Notes: generated by a model from the letters alone, not told the origin. A stretch of DNA of 64,000 nucleotides from an uncultured delta proteobacterium (GCA_963716045.1 CAVQSS010000025.1:102304-166303), one strand, 5' to 3'; shown: positions 9,593-22,304, numbered from the stretch's first letter. Program-made: numbers and translations.

Positions 9593-11431
9593 ATGAACCT
9601 GCGCATCGCCCTGGCCCAGATCAACACTACCGTGGGGGACCTTCCGGGAAATCGCCGAAAGATCGAAGAGCAATTGGAACTGGCCCGAAGGCAGGAAGTG
9701 GACCTGGTGGCCTTTCCGGAAATGGCCGTCACCGGGTACCCGCCCGAGGACCTGCTCCTGAAACCGGATTTCGTTTATGCCGCCAAGCAGAGCCTCCTGG
9801 ACCTCCTTCCCCAAACGAAAGGGTTGGTGGCCGTTATCGGCGGCCTCTGGGTGGAAGACGATCTCTATAACAGCGCCCTGGTCGTGGCCGACGGTCAGAT
9901 CCAGGCGGTCTATCATAAACAATTGCTTCCCAATTACGGGGTCTTTGATGAAAACCGCTACTTTAAGGTGGGGCAAACCAATACCGTGTTTCGACTGGGC
10001 GAGGCCTGCTTCGGGGTCAGCGTTTGCGAAGACCTCTGGTACCCGGACGGCCCGGCCCAGGAACAGGCCGGTTCAGGCGGGGCCCAACTGCTGATCAACA
10101 TCTCCTCCTCTCCCTTCTACCTGGGCAAGGGGGGCGATCGGGAGCGGATGCTGGCCACCCGGGCGGCGGACAATCGATCCTATCTGGCCTATTGCAACCT
10201 GGTGGGCGGCCAGGATGAACTGGTCTTCGACGGGCAGAGCCTGATTTTAGGCCCCCAGGGGGAACTCCTGGCCCGGGCCTCCCAATTTGAAGAAGATTTT
10301 TTAGTAGCCGACCTGGATCTGACCGAAGTCTTTCGCTGGCGGCTTTTTGACCCGCGACGGCGAAAGCAACCTCGAGAGCCTAGCGGCCGCCTGCGGGAGA
10401 TCGTTATTCCGCCCTTCCCTCCGGCATCCAAAACGGTCCCGGCCGTTCCTAAAAAGCAAGTCCCTCTGACCCGTTCCGCCGAAGGATACCGGGCCCTCGT
10501 CTTAGGAACCGGAGACTACGTGCGCAAGAACGGGTTTAAGGAAGTGGTCCTGGGTCTTTCCGGCGGGGTGGACAGCTCCCTGACCGCCGTCCTGGCCGCC
10601 GATGCCCTGGGCCCCGACCGCGTGCACGGCATCGCCCTGCCCACCCGTTTCTCCTCTTCCCATAGTCTGGAAGACGCCGAGCAATTGGCCCAAAATCTCG
10701 GCATTCATTTTTCCGTCATTCCCATCGACGCCCTTTTCCAAACCTACCTGGAAGTCCTGAACCCCCATTTTCAAGGGCTGCCGGAAGAGCTGACCGAGGA
10801 AAACCTGCAGCCTCGAATCCGGGGAACGATCCTGATGGCCCTTTCCAATAAATTCGGCTGGCTGGTGCTGACTACCGGAAACAAAAGTGAAACCGGCGTG
10901 GGGTATTCTACCCTTTACGGAGATACGGCCGGAGGGTTCGCCGTATTGAAGGATGTGCCCAAGGTCCTGGTTTATGAACTGTGCCGTTATCGGAACCAAG
11001 TCGCCGGGAAAGAACTTCTTCCCCGTCGGGTCCTGGAAAAACCTCCTTCCGCCGAGCTTCGCCCGGACCAGAAGGATTCCGATTCCCTGCCCGAATACGA
11101 CCTGCTGGATCCCATTCTTCAGGCCTATGTAGAAGAAAGCTGCTCAATGGAGGAAATGATCCATAGAGGATTTGATCAGGAAATGGTGGAAAAGGTGATC
11201 CGCCTGGTGGACCGCAACGAATACAAACGCCGCCAAAGCCCGCCGGGCATCAAAATAACCACCCGGGCCTTCGGCAAGGACTGGCGGCTGCCGATTACGA
11301 ATCGCTATCAGAGGGTAGCTAAGCCGCCGTTCTTCAAGCCTTCCCCCCAAAAACTCAAATCCTTTTTCCCCGGTTCGGAAACCGATTTGGATTTAGGAGG
11401 CGCTTGGAGACTTTCTTCCATGACCTTGTGA
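9593..11431 (+). CDS. nadE: Glutamine-dependent NAD+ synthetase (CN-hydrolase + NAD synthase domains)
   Basis: ATG 9593 after AAGGAG; MNLRIALAQINTTVGDL...; C-terminal SGGVDSS P-loop-like motif and ...GKDWRLPITNRY. Its 3' tail overlaps the convergent phoA-like gene by 124 nt. Confidence 0.85.
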   Translation: MNLRIALAQINTTVGDLPGNRRKIEEQLELARRQEVDLVAFPEMAVTGYPPEDLLLKPDFVYAAKQSLLDLLPQTKGLVAVIGGLWVEDDLYNSALVVADGQIQAVYHKQLLPNYGVFDENRYFKVGQTNTVFRLGEACFGVSVCEDLWYPDGPAQEQAGSGGAQLLINISSSPFYLGKGGDRERMLATRAADNRSYLAYCNLVGGQDELVFDGQSLILGPQGELLARASQFEEDFLVADLDLTEVFRWRLFDPRRRKQPREPSGRLREIVIPPFPPASKTVPAVPKKQVPLTRSAEGYRALVLGTGDYVRKNGFKEVVLGLSGGVDSSLTAVLAADALGPDRVHGIALPTRFSSSHSLEDAEQLAQNLGIHFSVIPIDALFQTYLEVLNPHFQGLPEELTEENLQPRIRGTILMALSNKFGWLVLTTGNKSETGVGYSTLYGDTAGGFAVLKDVPKVLVYELCRYRNQVAGKELLPRRVLEKPPSAELRPDQKDSDSLPEYDLLDPILQAYVEESCSMEEMIHRGFDQEMVEKVIRLVDRNEYKRRQSPPGIKITTRAFGKDWRLPITNRYQRVAKPPFFKPSPQKLKSFFPGSETDLDLGGAWRLSSMTL

Positions 11432-12834
11432 AGTTCGACGTTGTCGATAAGCTGAATCTCGCCGCGCTCAAAATCATTGACGGATTTTAGGTATTTTTGG
11501 AAAAATTCCATACCGGCCCCCTGATACCAGACGCCCACCGGCCGGTTGGTATGTTTTTTGGAATTATACGCATGGTCGGGAATGGCCCCGCGGCCTTTAT
11601 TTCCAATTCCACTGAGATAACCCGTCTCATGATCGGCGGTTACGATGAGCAGGTTCTTGTCCCAGCCGCCTTGAGGGTTTTGGGGATCTTCGATCCAGTC
11701 CAACACCGCCTGCACCGCCTCCTGGAATCCGATCATCTCCCCGATGGCCAAATTCAGGTCGTTATGATGGTGACCACGGTCGATGGCCCCTCCCTCGATC
11801 ATTAAGAAAAATCCTTTCTCCTCCTGGGAGAGGACGGCCAGGGCGCCCTGGGACATTTCCTTCAAAGTGGGTTGCCGGGGGTCAGCCTGAGAGCCGTCGG
11901 CCAATGGCGGTTTGATACCTTTTTGGTTTTGGATCAGGCCAAACACCCTGGCCGGGGGGATGCCCTTGGTTAATTCCTGAAACTGCTCACGGGTTTCCAC
12001 CAGGATATACGGCCCTCCCCCTCCAGCCGGACCCTGGGATAGAAAACGAAAATCCTCCGCGGCCAGGTAACGGTACTCCGGTGTCCTTGGAATGCCATAT
12101 TCGTCAAAGGCCGGATGCCCGGCCCCCATGATGACCTCCGGCTGTACGACCCGAATCATCTCTTCGGCGATAGCCCAGTAATTTTTTCTGCTCACGTTAT
12201 GGGCGGCAAAACCGGCCGGGGTGGCGTGGCTGAATTGGACTGAGGTCACCAACCCGGTCTTTCTCCCCTTTTCCTGAAACTTTTCAATGATATTTTTGCA
12301 GGGCCGATTGAAATTATCCATCCCGATGGCATTCAAATAGGTTTTAATTCCGCAGGCCATGGAAGTGGCCGAGGACCCGGAATCAGTGGCATAAACACGG
12401 CCGCCCCCTTGACCCGGCCCTTCCCCCAGTTCTACTTTGGCCGTTCCATTAAAGCTCAATTCGGGACCCAACCGGGGATAATCCATTTGACCGGGTTTGC
12501 CCCCCCGGGTCCAGGCGGGATCATAAGAAACCGGAGACGAAGCCTCACTGGTCGGGGAAGTGCTTAGACTTAAAGGATAGGTGGTCATCCAGCAAGACCC
12601 GGCCAATTTTTCAAAATTGAGTTTTTCTTTGCCCCCGAACTTATGATAATCCGACCCGAACTGATAAGCCCCGGCTGCCCAAATGGACTCCAGGCCCATG
12701 CCGTCGCCGATCATTAAAATAATGTTTTGCGCGGCTCCGGCGTGAGACAGGGGGCAGACACCCCACAACCCGGAGAAAAACAGACCGGCAACAAAAACCA
12801 AGGGAATAATTCTTCTACGGAGCGATTGGCTCAT
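11308..12834 (-). CDS. Alkaline phosphatase (PhoA family), secreted
   Basis: Signal peptide; IILMIGDGMGLESIWAAG ... YATDSGSSATSMACG (active-site Ser) ... TADHETGY. Confidence 0.75.
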   Translation of the reverse strand: MSQSLRRRIIPLVFVAGLFFSGLWGVCPLSHAGAAQNIILMIGDGMGLESIWAAGAYQFGSDYHKFGGKEKLNFEKLAGSCWMTTYPLSLSTSPTSEASSPVSYDPAWTRGGKPGQMDYPRLGPELSFNGTAKVELGEGPGQGGGRVYATDSGSSATSMACGIKTYLNAIGMDNFNRPCKNIIEKFQEKGRKTGLVTSVQFSHATPAGFAAHNVSRKNYWAIAEEMIRVVQPEVIMGAGHPAFDEYGIPRTPEYRYLAAEDFRFLSQGPAGGGGPYILVETREQFQELTKGIPPARVFGLIQNQKGIKPPLADGSQADPRQPTLKEMSQGALAVLSQEEKGFFLMIEGGAIDRGHHHNDLNLAIGEMIGFQEAVQAVLDWIEDPQNPQGGWDKNLLIVTADHETGYLSGIGNKGRGAIPDHAYNSKKHTNRPVGVWYQGAGMEFFQKYLKSVNDFERGEIQLIDNVELHKVMEESLQAPPKSKSVSEPGKKDLSFWGEGLKNGGLATL

Positions 12835-12895
12835 AAAACCGATAACCTCTCATTTCTTAAATGTTTAATGATAGTTAGCTTATCGAATATCCTGC

Positions 12896-12924
12896 TTGAC
12901 ACCTTAAATTTTTTTAAATATGGT
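12896..12924 (+). promoter_or_regulatory. Sigma70-like promoter (TTGACA-17-TATGGT) for the acetoacetyl-CoA synthetase gene
   Basis: TTGACA at 12896-12901, 17-nt spacer, TATGGT at 12919-12924, in an AT-rich divergent intergenic region. Confidence 0.45.
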
Positions 12925-12979
12925 AAGCAGATTTAATACAAAAATAGTATTAAAATATTTCTGCTGTAGAGAGGCCCTT

Positions 12980-14932
<1,953 letters not shown>

Positions 14933-14940
14933 TAATCAAT

Positions 14941-14975
14941 ACGGACGTTCGATGTTCGATGTTCATTTTGTACGA
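14941..14975. repeat. AT-rich short repeat, TTCGATGTTCATTTT-TACGA family
   Basis: cgttcgatgttcgatgttcattttgtacga; related copies at 4014-4110 and 29897-29925 (reverse). Confidence 0.6.
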
Positions 14976-14994
14976 GAAAGAGAGCGCCTGATCA

Positions 14995-15582
14995 ATGATC
15001 GTTTCCCCTTCCCCTGATCTTAAGCCCCGCGTCCCTTCCCGGGAAGAAAGTCTGGCCCTCATGGCAGACCAGGGGATGCTCCCCAATATACGCGGACACA
15101 GCCTGCAGGTGGCCCGGGTGGCCCAGGTCCTGGCGGTCCATTTGCCGTCCTTCAGTCCTCCCCTGGATCTGGCCTTGCTGGAGGCCGGGGCACTGCTCCA
15201 TGACATCGCCAAAACCGAGTGTCTGAAAACCAAGAAAAAGCATACCGATATCGGAGCCGCCTTTCTGGTGGCCCGGGGGTATCCGGAAGTGGCCGAAATA
15301 GTGGCCCAGCACGTCACCTTGAATTACGACCATTCCCGGCCTGATCGGATCAGCGAGGTGGAACTGGTTCACTATGCCGACAAGCGGGTCTTGCATGACG
15401 AGATCGTTGACCTGGAGACCCGGTTTCACTATTTGCAGGAGCGTTATGGCCGCACCCCTGAAGACCAAAAACGAATCGCCGCTCTCCTGGAAAGCTCTTT
15501 GAAGCAGGAAAAAAAGATTTTCCAGAATCTCCCTTTTTCGCCCTCGGATTTGAAAAGCCGGGTTGTCCACCCGGCGGCGTAG
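14995..15582 (+). CDS. HD/HDIG-domain phosphohydrolase
   Basis: LLHDIAKTE ... HV..NYDH ... HYADKR. Confidence 0.7.
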   Translation: MIVSPSPDLKPRVPSREESLALMADQGMLPNIRGHSLQVARVAQVLAVHLPSFSPPLDLALLEAGALLHDIAKTECLKTKKKHTDIGAAFLVARGYPEVAEIVAQHVTLNYDHSRPDRISEVELVHYADKRVLHDEIVDLETRFHYLQERYGRTPEDQKRIAALLESSLKQEKKIFQNLPFSPSDLKSRVVHPAA

Positions 15583-15627
15583 TCCGACAGGCCGAGTCGC
15601 TCGCCTACTGGAATCTTCCCGTTACTT

Positions 15628-15653
15628 GCAACCAGCAACCGGCAACCAGCAAT
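15628..15653. repeat. Heptamer tandem repeat (CAACCAG/CAACCGG)x3
   Basis: gcaaccagcaaccggcaaccagcaatg. Confidence 0.7.
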
Positions 15654-16525
15654 GCCCCTCCCACCTCCCCCTCCTGGCCCTCATTGGGGGCGCCCTGTCC
15701 ATTGCCTTTGCCCCTATTTTTGTCCGGGTCAGCGAGGTCGGTCCCCTGTCCACGGCCCTCTGGCGGCTCCTGCTGGCCTGGCCCGCCCTGTGGCTTTGGA
15801 CGGTCATGGAACGTCGCCAACGACCGGATGTCCGGCGGCCTTCCCGGTACACCGATTATCTGCGGCTGGCCGCCGCCGGGTTATTCTTCGCCGGGGATCT
15901 TTCGGTCTGGCACTGGTCTCTTCGTTTCACTTCCGTGGCCAACTCCACCCTCCTGGTCAATTACGCCCCCCTCTGGGTGACCTTCGCCGGCTGGCTGCTG
16001 TTTCAAGATCGAATTGAAAAACTTTTCTTGGCGGGGCTGGTCAGCGCCCTGCTGGGGGCCACACTGATTGTCGGCGCCAGCTTTCAGATTCGTCTGGAAC
16101 AGGTGAAAGGTGACCTCCTGGCCTTGACGGCCTCCTTTTTTTATGCCGGGTATCTCCTGTCCGTCACCCGTCTGCGCCGGGATTTCTCCACAGCGGCTAT
16201 TATGACCTGGAGCACGGTCGGCTGTACGGCGATCCTTCTGGCCGTCACCCTGCTCTCCGGGGAGAAGTTTTTCCCCGGGTCCCCCTGGGGCTGGCTGATA
16301 CTTCTCGCTCTGGCCCTGATCTCCCATGTCGGCGGACAGGGGCTGATCACCTATGCCCTGGCCCATCTACCCGCGGCCTTTTCCTCGGTAACACTACTGC
16401 TGCAGCCGGTCTTTGCCGCCTTTCTGGCTTGGATGCTGTTGGCCGAGGCCCTGGGACCCGGACAGGCCTTGGGGGGACTGCTGGTGTTGGCGGGCATTTT
16501 TCTGACCCGCAAGTCCGCGCGCTAG
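15652..16525 (+). CDS. EamA/DMT-family transporter; start uncertain
   Basis: 10 TM helices with duplicated EamA domains (ALIGGALSIAFAPIFVRVS...). The in-frame ORF opens at 15563 across the heptamer repeat. ATG 15652 is in the +1 frame and would need a 1-nt correction in the C5 run at 15669-15673. Confidence 0.55.
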
Positions 16526-16567
16526 TCCACCTGTCCTTCTGAGCAAGGACATCTTTCCTGAGCCGAA

Positions 16568-17092
16568 TTATTTGCCTTTTTTGCCCGGACAAAGAATTGT
16601 ATACAGGTCTTCTTCGCTGGAATCCTTTCCGATCGGGTGGCTGGTTATAAACTCCTCTAAAAAACAGGCCCGCGACCCGTTCCCGATCTCTCGCTGCTGC
16701 TCATCGTAATCGGCGATCGACAACACCTGATAGGTCCGGTCAGTGCAATAGAGGGCCATCCGGATCCGGGTGGACTCGTAGCGGTCCGACACGGATTTGG
16801 GGACTTTCGCCCGGGCCATTTCCTGGGCCCGGTATCTCTTTCCATCTTTGGTGGCAATCAAGTTGGTCCAGACTTGAACCACATCCGGTTTCGGACGGAG
16901 CACCCGTCCGGGATCATACAGACAAAGATAGTGTTCATTGACGCTGTAAAACTGCCAATCCACGCCCCAGACCATATCAACCGGGATCAGGAATAGAATG
17001 GAATAAAAAACTAACCATTGGATTTTGGACCTTCGTGCTTGTTTCGGATTTCGGGCTTCGAATTTCGAATTTATTGATCTTAACTTGTTCAT
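16568..17092 (-). CDS. Hypothetical membrane-anchored protein
   Basis: 174-aa ORF with one N-terminal TM segment. Its first ~17 codons are encoded by a short repeat element (17041-17075), so the true start is uncertain. Confidence 0.45.
   Translation of the reverse strand: MNKLRSINSKFEARNPKQARRSKIQWLVFYSILFLIPVDMVWGVDWQFYSVNEHYLCLYDPGRVLRPKPDVVQVWTNLIATKDGKRYRAQEMARAKVPKSVSDRYESTRIRMALYCTDRTYQVLSIADYDEQQREIGNGSRACFLEEFITSHPIGKDSSEEDLYTILCPGKKGK
17041..17075. repeat. Short repeat GTTTCGGATTTCGGGCTTCGAATTTCGAATTT
   Basis: Near-identical copy at 28198-28229 with an inverted partner at 28063-28097; related to 20101-20122. Confidence 0.65.
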
Positions 17093-17099
17093 ATTCGGG

Positions 17100-19088
17100 T
17101 CATTCCCCCGCCTGCGCTTCCAGCCCTTCCAACTGTTGGAGGGCTTCCGCCCAGCGCTCGGTCATGGTCTCAATTTCCTTCTGAAGCCGCCCATACCCTT
17201 GCTGGGCCTCTTGGATTCCCGTCCCCTGGCGGTAGAATTCCGGATCGGCCAGGATTTTCCCAAGCCTTTCCTTCTCGGCCCCGGCCCCGGCTAACCGCCC
17301 TTCCAGCTCCTCGATTTCCTTTTTGAGGGGTGCTTTTTGTCTAAACAAGGCGTTGCGCCGCTCCGCCTCCTGCCGCTTCTCCTGCGAGGATTTACGGCCA
17401 GGGGCGCCGTTTTTCGAACCGTCCGTTCTGGAAAAGTCTTTGGGATTTCGGTCCTCGGAAGGTTCCTTCGCTTCCACCCGTCCTTTCCAGATCTGCTCAA
17501 AGTCCCGGTAATTTCCCGGGAACATTTCCAGACGGCCGTCTCGAATATAGACCGTCCGGGTGGCCAGGGCATCGATCAGATGCCGGTCGTGGGTAATCAG
17601 GCAGAGCGTCCCGTTAAAGGCGCGCAGGGCCTCTTCCAGCACGTCCCGGGAAGGGATGTCCAGATGATTGGTGGGTTCGTCAAAAAGCAGGAAATTGGCC
17701 CCGCCCAGGAGCATCTTTAATATAACCAGGCGGCTTTTTTCCCCCCCCGAGAGTACCGAGACCTTCTTTTTGATTTCTTCCTCGTCCCGGAATAAAAAGC
17801 CCGCCAGATGATTTCGCAAGGCCCCGTAGGTCCGATTGCCGGCCACATCGCCGATCTCCTGCCAGACCGTTCGGTCGCCTCTCAACTGGTCCAGTTGATG
17901 CTGAGCAAAATAGTCCAGGGTGACGTGATGTCCCAGTTCCCGTTTTCCTTGGTCGGGTGGGACGATCCCGGCCATAATCTTGATCAACGTGCTCTTCCCG
18001 GCGCCGTTGGGGCCCAGAAAAGCCACACAATCTCCGCGGCTGATGGTCAGATCAATTCCTTGGTAGAGTACTTTTTCACCGTACGATTTCCCGACCCCCT
18101 GAAGTTCCAAAACCACCTTGCCGGTCCGTACCGGCTCCTGGAATTGAAAGGAAACCTGGTGCTCCTCTCGAGGATGTTCGAGTCGTTCCATTTGCTCCAG
18201 GACCTTAATCCGGGATTGCACCTGCTTGGCCCGGTCTTTTCGGGACCGGTTTCGGGCTACAAAGTCCTCAATCTGACGAATCTTCTCCACCTGGTTATAA
18301 TAGGCGGCCTCCTGAAGCTGGAGGCGTTTGGCCTTTTCTTCCCGGTAACGGCTGTAATTGCCGGCATAGGAGATCAGCCCTCCCTTCTCCAGCTCCAGCA
18401 CCCGCTGGACCACCTTATCCATAAAGACCCGGTCGTGGGAAATCAAAAGCAGGGCCGATGCGGTGCCTTTAAGAAAATTTTCCAACCATAATAACGAATC
18501 CAGGTCCAGGTGGTTGGTTGGCTCATCCAAAAGGAGCAGGTCGGGCTTCATCAGCAGGATCCGGGCCAGGGCCGCCCGCATGACCCACCCTCCGCTCAAG
18601 GTTTCCACCGGGGCCTGAAACTGTTCCTCCGGGAAACCCAACCCGGCCAGGATTTGTTTGGCCCGGGCCTCCAGGTCGTACCCCCCCAGGCGTTCCAGTT
18701 CCTCCAATAAACGGCTTTGCTTGTGGGCCAAAACCTCCTGGTCGGCAGGATCAGAGGCGGCATTCAACCGTCGCGAAACCTCCCGGTATTCGCTTTGGAA
18801 CCGTTTTAGCTCCGGATCCATTTCCATCACCTGGTCCAGGACTTTTTTCCCCTTCACCCGGATCACTTCCTGGGGAAGATGCCCCAGCCGAACCCCTTTT
18901 TTCAGGTGCACCTGGCCGCTATCCGGCTCGATTTCGCCCAGGAGGATTCTGAAAAGCGTGGTTTTCCCCGTGCCGTTGGCCCCGACCAGGGCCATTTTGT
19001 CCCCGGGATTGATGGAAAAGGAGACCTCTTTCAGCAGATCCTGCCGGCCATAAAATTTGGAAACGCGGTCAATGGAAATCATAAGCAA
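17100..19088 (-). CDS. ABC-F family ATPase (two ABC domains plus a C-terminal coiled coil)
   Basis: Walker A motifs GANGTGKTT and GPNGAGKST; two LSGG signatures; no TM domains. Confidence 0.85.
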   Translation of the reverse strand: MLMISIDRVSKFYGRQDLLKEVSFSINPGDKMALVGANGTGKTTLFRILLGEIEPDSGQVHLKKGVRLGHLPQEVIRVKGKKVLDQVMEMDPELKRFQSEYREVSRRLNAASDPADQEVLAHKQSRLLEELERLGGYDLEARAKQILAGLGFPEEQFQAPVETLSGGWVMRAALARILLMKPDLLLLDEPTNHLDLDSLLWLENFLKGTASALLLISHDRVFMDKVVQRVLELEKGGLISYAGNYSRYREEKAKRLQLQEAAYYNQVEKIRQIEDFVARNRSRKDRAKQVQSRIKVLEQMERLEHPREEHQVSFQFQEPVRTGKVVLELQGVGKSYGEKVLYQGIDLTISRGDCVAFLGPNGAGKSTLIKIMAGIVPPDQGKRELGHHVTLDYFAQHQLDQLRGDRTVWQEIGDVAGNRTYGALRNHLAGFLFRDEEEIKKKVSVLSGGEKSRLVILKMLLGGANFLLFDEPTNHLDIPSRDVLEEALRAFNGTLCLITHDRHLIDALATRTVYIRDGRLEMFPGNYRDFEQIWKGRVEAKEPSEDRNPKDFSRTDGSKNGAPGRKSSQEKRQEAERRNALFRQKAPLKKEIEELEGRLAGAGAEKERLGKILADPEFYRQGTGIQEAQQGYGRLQKEIETMTERWAEALQQLEGLEAQAGE

Positions 19089-19099
19089 CCAGCAACAAG
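19084..19099. repeat. Heptamer repeat (CAACCAG CAACAAG)
   Basis: agcaaccagcaacaag between the ABC-F start and the HNH stop. Confidence 0.5.
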
Positions 19100-19100
19100 A

Positions 19101-19445
19101 TCAGTCCTTCCCCCCCAGATATTCCCCCAGCAGCTCCCGGGAGTGGGTATCCTCATGGCAATAGATACACAGATTTTCCCAGTTGCTCCCGTCGGAAGGA
19201 TTATTCTGATGGTTCCCGTCCCGGTGATGAACGGTGAGCAATTGCCGCTGGGACGGCTCGAATTCCCGTCCGCAGCGGGCGCAGATCAGTCCGTGGATGG
19301 CCAGAGACCGTTCCCGGTAGCTTTCCCGGACGGGCAGGGACTTCTTCAAATCCCGGACAAATGCCGCCGGGTCCTTTTCCGAGGACGGGGATTTAACCGG
19401 GTTGCGGGAAGACCGCCTCCCGGGGCCGAAACTCATTCGTCCCAT
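19101..19445 (-). CDS. HNH endonuclease, YajD-like
   Basis: ATG 19445 gives a 114-aa protein: CARCGREF...LTVHHRDGNHQNNPSDGSNWENLCIYCHEDTH. The longer ORF (to 19550) is an extension. Confidence 0.7.
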   Translation of the reverse strand: MGRMSFGPGRRSSRNPVKSPSSEKDPAAFVRDLKKSLPVRESYRERSLAIHGLICARCGREFEPSQRQLLTVHHRDGNHQNNPSDGSNWENLCIYCHEDTHSRELLGEYLGGKD

Positions 19446-19560
19446 AAGAGCCACCTTATAAATGGTAGTATTATTTTTTACAACAGGGTCGAGCCGCTGG
19501 AGTAGAAACTTTTTTTTAACTATGTTAAACTTTCCTTCATTTCTTGGCAAGGGGGTTCTT

Positions 19561-20091
19561 ATGGATGAGTGGAAAATAGATCCCGATCATACCGCGGCCG
19601 CCTTTAGCGTCCGGCACTTCATGATTACCCTGGTACGCGGACAGTTCAACAAGATTTCCGGGTCCATTCAATACGACCCGGAGAAACCGGGACTGGGCTC
19701 CGTGGTAATCGAAATCGAGTCCTCCTCCGTCCATACCGGCATTCCCAAACGGGATGAACATCTGCGCAGCCCCGATTTCTTAGAGGTGGATAAATACCCG
19801 CTCATCCAGTTTAAGAGCACCCGGATCGAACCGGTGGCCGTCAACAGCTTTATTTTGACCGGAGATTTGACCATCCGAGACGTCACCCGATCGGTTGCCT
19901 TGGATGCGGAATACCTCGGCCGGGTCAAAAGCCCTTTTGATGAGGATATCAGCATCGGCTTTTCGGCCTCGGCCCGGATCAACCGCCAGGATTTCGGCGT
20001 AAGCTGGAATTTCACCATGGAAAACGGGGGTCTGGTGGTTGGAAATGACCTCTTCCTCAACTTGGAGGTAGAGGCGGACCTGGTCCAATGA
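19561..20091 (+). CDS. YceI-family (polyisoprenoid-binding) protein
   Basis: ATG 19561: MDEWKIDPDHTAAAFSVRHFMITLVRGQFNK... Confidence 0.8.
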   Translation: MDEWKIDPDHTAAAFSVRHFMITLVRGQFNKISGSIQYDPEKPGLGSVVIEIESSSVHTGIPKRDEHLRSPDFLEVDKYPLIQFKSTRIEPVAVNSFILTGDLTIRDVTRSVALDAEYLGRVKSPFDEDISIGFSASARINRQDFGVSWNFTMENGGLVVGNDLFLNLEVEADLVQ

Positions 20092-20142
20092 TGCCGGATC
20101 GGGGTTCGAATTCCGAATTTGAAGATCACAAAGGATCTCCCC

Positions 20143-21777
20143 ATGTTGAAAAAAGGTAACACCTACGAAAAGGTCTATAACTCCTTCCATTGGAAAGTCC
20201 CCATATTCTACAATATCGGGGTGGACTGCTGTGACAAGTGGGCCGATCAGCGCTACCGCCTGGCCCTGATCTACGAAGACGACCAGGGAAAGGTTGAGAA
20301 GTATACCTTTTGGGAGCTTAAACGGCTTTCCAACCGGCTGGCCAACGCCTTGCAGGCCTGCGGTCTGCATCGGGGAGACCGGGTGGGGATCCTGTTGCCG
20401 CAATGCCCGGAGACGGCCCTGTCCCATCTGGCCATCTATAAAACCGGGGGCATCGCCCTGCCGCTCTTCACCCTCTTCGGCCCGGAGGCCCTGGAATACC
20501 GTTTGGGCCACAGCGGTGCCCGGGCGGTGATCACCGACGAAGCCAATCTCCCCAAAATCCTGGAAATAAAAGACCGCCTGCCCGAACTGAAAACCCTCAT
20601 TGTCACCCGGGGAGAAACCCCGGACGGGGTGGTTGATTTCTGGAAAACCCTGGAAAAGGGTTCTTCTTCCTTTACCCCGCTGCGGACCAGGGCCGATGAT
20701 CCGGCCCTGATTATCTACACCTCCGGCACCACCGGGCCGCCTAAAGGGGCACTCCATGCCCAGCGGGTGGTCCTGGGGCATGTCCCCGGGGTGGAATTCT
20801 TCCATAATTTCTTTCCTAAAAAAGATGATCTCTACTGGACACCGGCCGACTGGGCCTGGATCGGCGGGTTGATCGACGTCCTGCTGCCAAGCTGGCACCA
20901 CGGGGTCCCGGTGGTCGCCTTCCGGGCCAAGAAATTCGATCCCGAGCAGGCCTTTCATTTTATCGCCAAGTACGGTATCCGCAACGCCTTCATGCCGCCC
21001 ACGGCCCTGAAGATCATGCGCCAGGTCCCGGACCCGGGGAAGCGTTACGATTTCGCCCTGCGGACCATCGGCTGCGGCGGGGAGACTTTGGGCGAAGAAC
21101 TCCTGGAATGGGGTCGAAGGGTCATGGGGCTCACCATCAATGAATTCTACGGGCAGACCGAAGTGAACCTGGTCCTGGGCAATTGTTCCGAGATCATGGA
21201 GAACCGGCGGGGTTCCATGGGTCGTCCCATCCCCGGCCACCGGGTGGAGGTGGTGGACGGAACGGGCCGGGTCCTGCCGCCGGGTGAGGTAGGAGAGGTG
21301 GCCATCCAACGGCCCGACCCGGTCATGTTCCTGGGCTATTGGGGAAACCCCCAGGCCACGGAAGACAAGTTCATCGGCGACTGGAGCCTGACCGGGGACC
21401 TGGCCCGCAAGGACGAGGAAGGCTATTTCTGGTTCGTGGGCCGCAAGGACGATCTCATCAGCAGCGCCGGGTACCGCATCGGTCCGGCCGAGATCGAAGA
21501 TTGCCTGATCAAGCACCCGGCCGTGGCCATGGCCGGGGTCATCGGCCGCCCCGACGCGGTACGGGGGGAAATCGTCAAGGCCTTCATCGTTCTCAAGCCC
21601 GGGGTACCCCCCGAGCCCTCCCTGAAGGAAGAAATCCAGCAATTCATTAAAACCCGACTGGCCGCCCACGAGTACCCCCGGGAAATCGAATTTCTCGCCG
21701 AACTGCCCCTGACAGCCACCGGCAAGATCATGCGCAAGGATCTGCGGCAGATGGAGTTGGAGCGGGGGAAGGGATAG
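20143..21777 (+). CDS. AMP-forming acyl-CoA synthetase/ligase
   Basis: ATG 20143 after AAGGA; YTSGTTGPPKG AMP motif; ...GKIMRKDLR C-terminal motif. Confidence 0.8.
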   Translation: MLKKGNTYEKVYNSFHWKVPIFYNIGVDCCDKWADQRYRLALIYEDDQGKVEKYTFWELKRLSNRLANALQACGLHRGDRVGILLPQCPETALSHLAIYKTGGIALPLFTLFGPEALEYRLGHSGARAVITDEANLPKILEIKDRLPELKTLIVTRGETPDGVVDFWKTLEKGSSSFTPLRTRADDPALIIYTSGTTGPPKGALHAQRVVLGHVPGVEFFHNFFPKKDDLYWTPADWAWIGGLIDVLLPSWHHGVPVVAFRAKKFDPEQAFHFIAKYGIRNAFMPPTALKIMRQVPDPGKRYDFALRTIGCGGETLGEELLEWGRRVMGLTINEFYGQTEVNLVLGNCSEIMENRRGSMGRPIPGHRVEVVDGTGRVLPPGEVGEVAIQRPDPVMFLGYWGNPQATEDKFIGDWSLTGDLARKDEEGYFWFVGRKDDLISSAGYRIGPAEIEDCLIKHPAVAMAGVIGRPDAVRGEIVKAFIVLKPGVPPEPSLKEEIQQFIKTRLAAHEYPREIEFLAELPLTATGKIMRKDLRQMELERGKG

Positions 21778-21797
21778 ACTGGTTGCTGGTTGCTGGA
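21778..21797. repeat. Heptamer repeat (GGTTGCT)x2
   Basis: gactggttgctggttgctgg directly after the acyl-CoA synthetase stop. Confidence 0.6.
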
Positions 21798-21830
21798 TGA
21801 AAACCGATGCTGCACGAAGACCAAAACCTT

Positions 21831-21993
21831 GTCATTCTGAAGGAGCGAAGCGACTGAAGAATCCCTCAGGACTGCTCAAGGGCCATACCGGCTTTGGATC
21901 CCATGGAAGCATTTGAGCTAAACTGGGAGGGAGATCTTTCGCGGAGTTTACCGTGCGCCGGAAGACGAGATCCTTCGCTTCGCTCAGGATGAC
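21831..21993. repeat. Palindromic GTCATCCTGAGCGAAGCGAAGG-type element (~160 bp); gives spurious VILSEAKDL ORFs
   Basis: gtcattctgaaggagcgaagcg ... cgcttcgctcaggatgacaag terminal inverted repeats; ORF 21832..22239 is an artefact of it. Confidence 0.7.
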
Positions 21994-22050
21994 AAGCCGG
22001 CGAAGGGTGAAGCGCCAACGTAAATCACCGAAGAAAGGAGGTGAAAAGGG

Positions 22051-22155
22051 ATGAAAAAAAAGATGAACCCGGAGGGTTTGGCTAAAGAGGCAGCTTTTTG
22101 GGCCAAAATGAAGGCAGCGGCAAAGGAAGGTCCCAAGATAGTATGCCACAAATGA
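22051..22155 (+). CDS. Small ORF (34 aa), candidate RiPP precursor for the downstream radical-SAM/SPASM enzyme
   Basis: AAAGGAGG SD 8 nt upstream of ATG 22051; MKKKMNPEGLAKEAAFWAKMKAAAKEGPKIVCHK*; same strand, 283 nt upstream of rSAM 22438. Confidence 0.3.
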   Translation: MKKKMNPEGLAKEAAFWAKMKAAAKEGPKIVCHK

Positions 22156-22304
22156 AAAGGGTGAAAATCGTAAACATTGCTGGTTCAGCAATGGAATCAA
22201 AGGGCGGATAGGGAGGAGGCGCGAAAAAAAGATCGCCAACTTGCTTCTTATCCGCCTTTGGTCTTAGATATAAATGGTCTCAAAGTAGATGCAACACCTT
22301 AGAG

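Noticed and set aside
19780-21669. 629-aa minus-strand ORF
   Set aside because: Antisense to the acyl-CoA synthetase gene; same artefact type.
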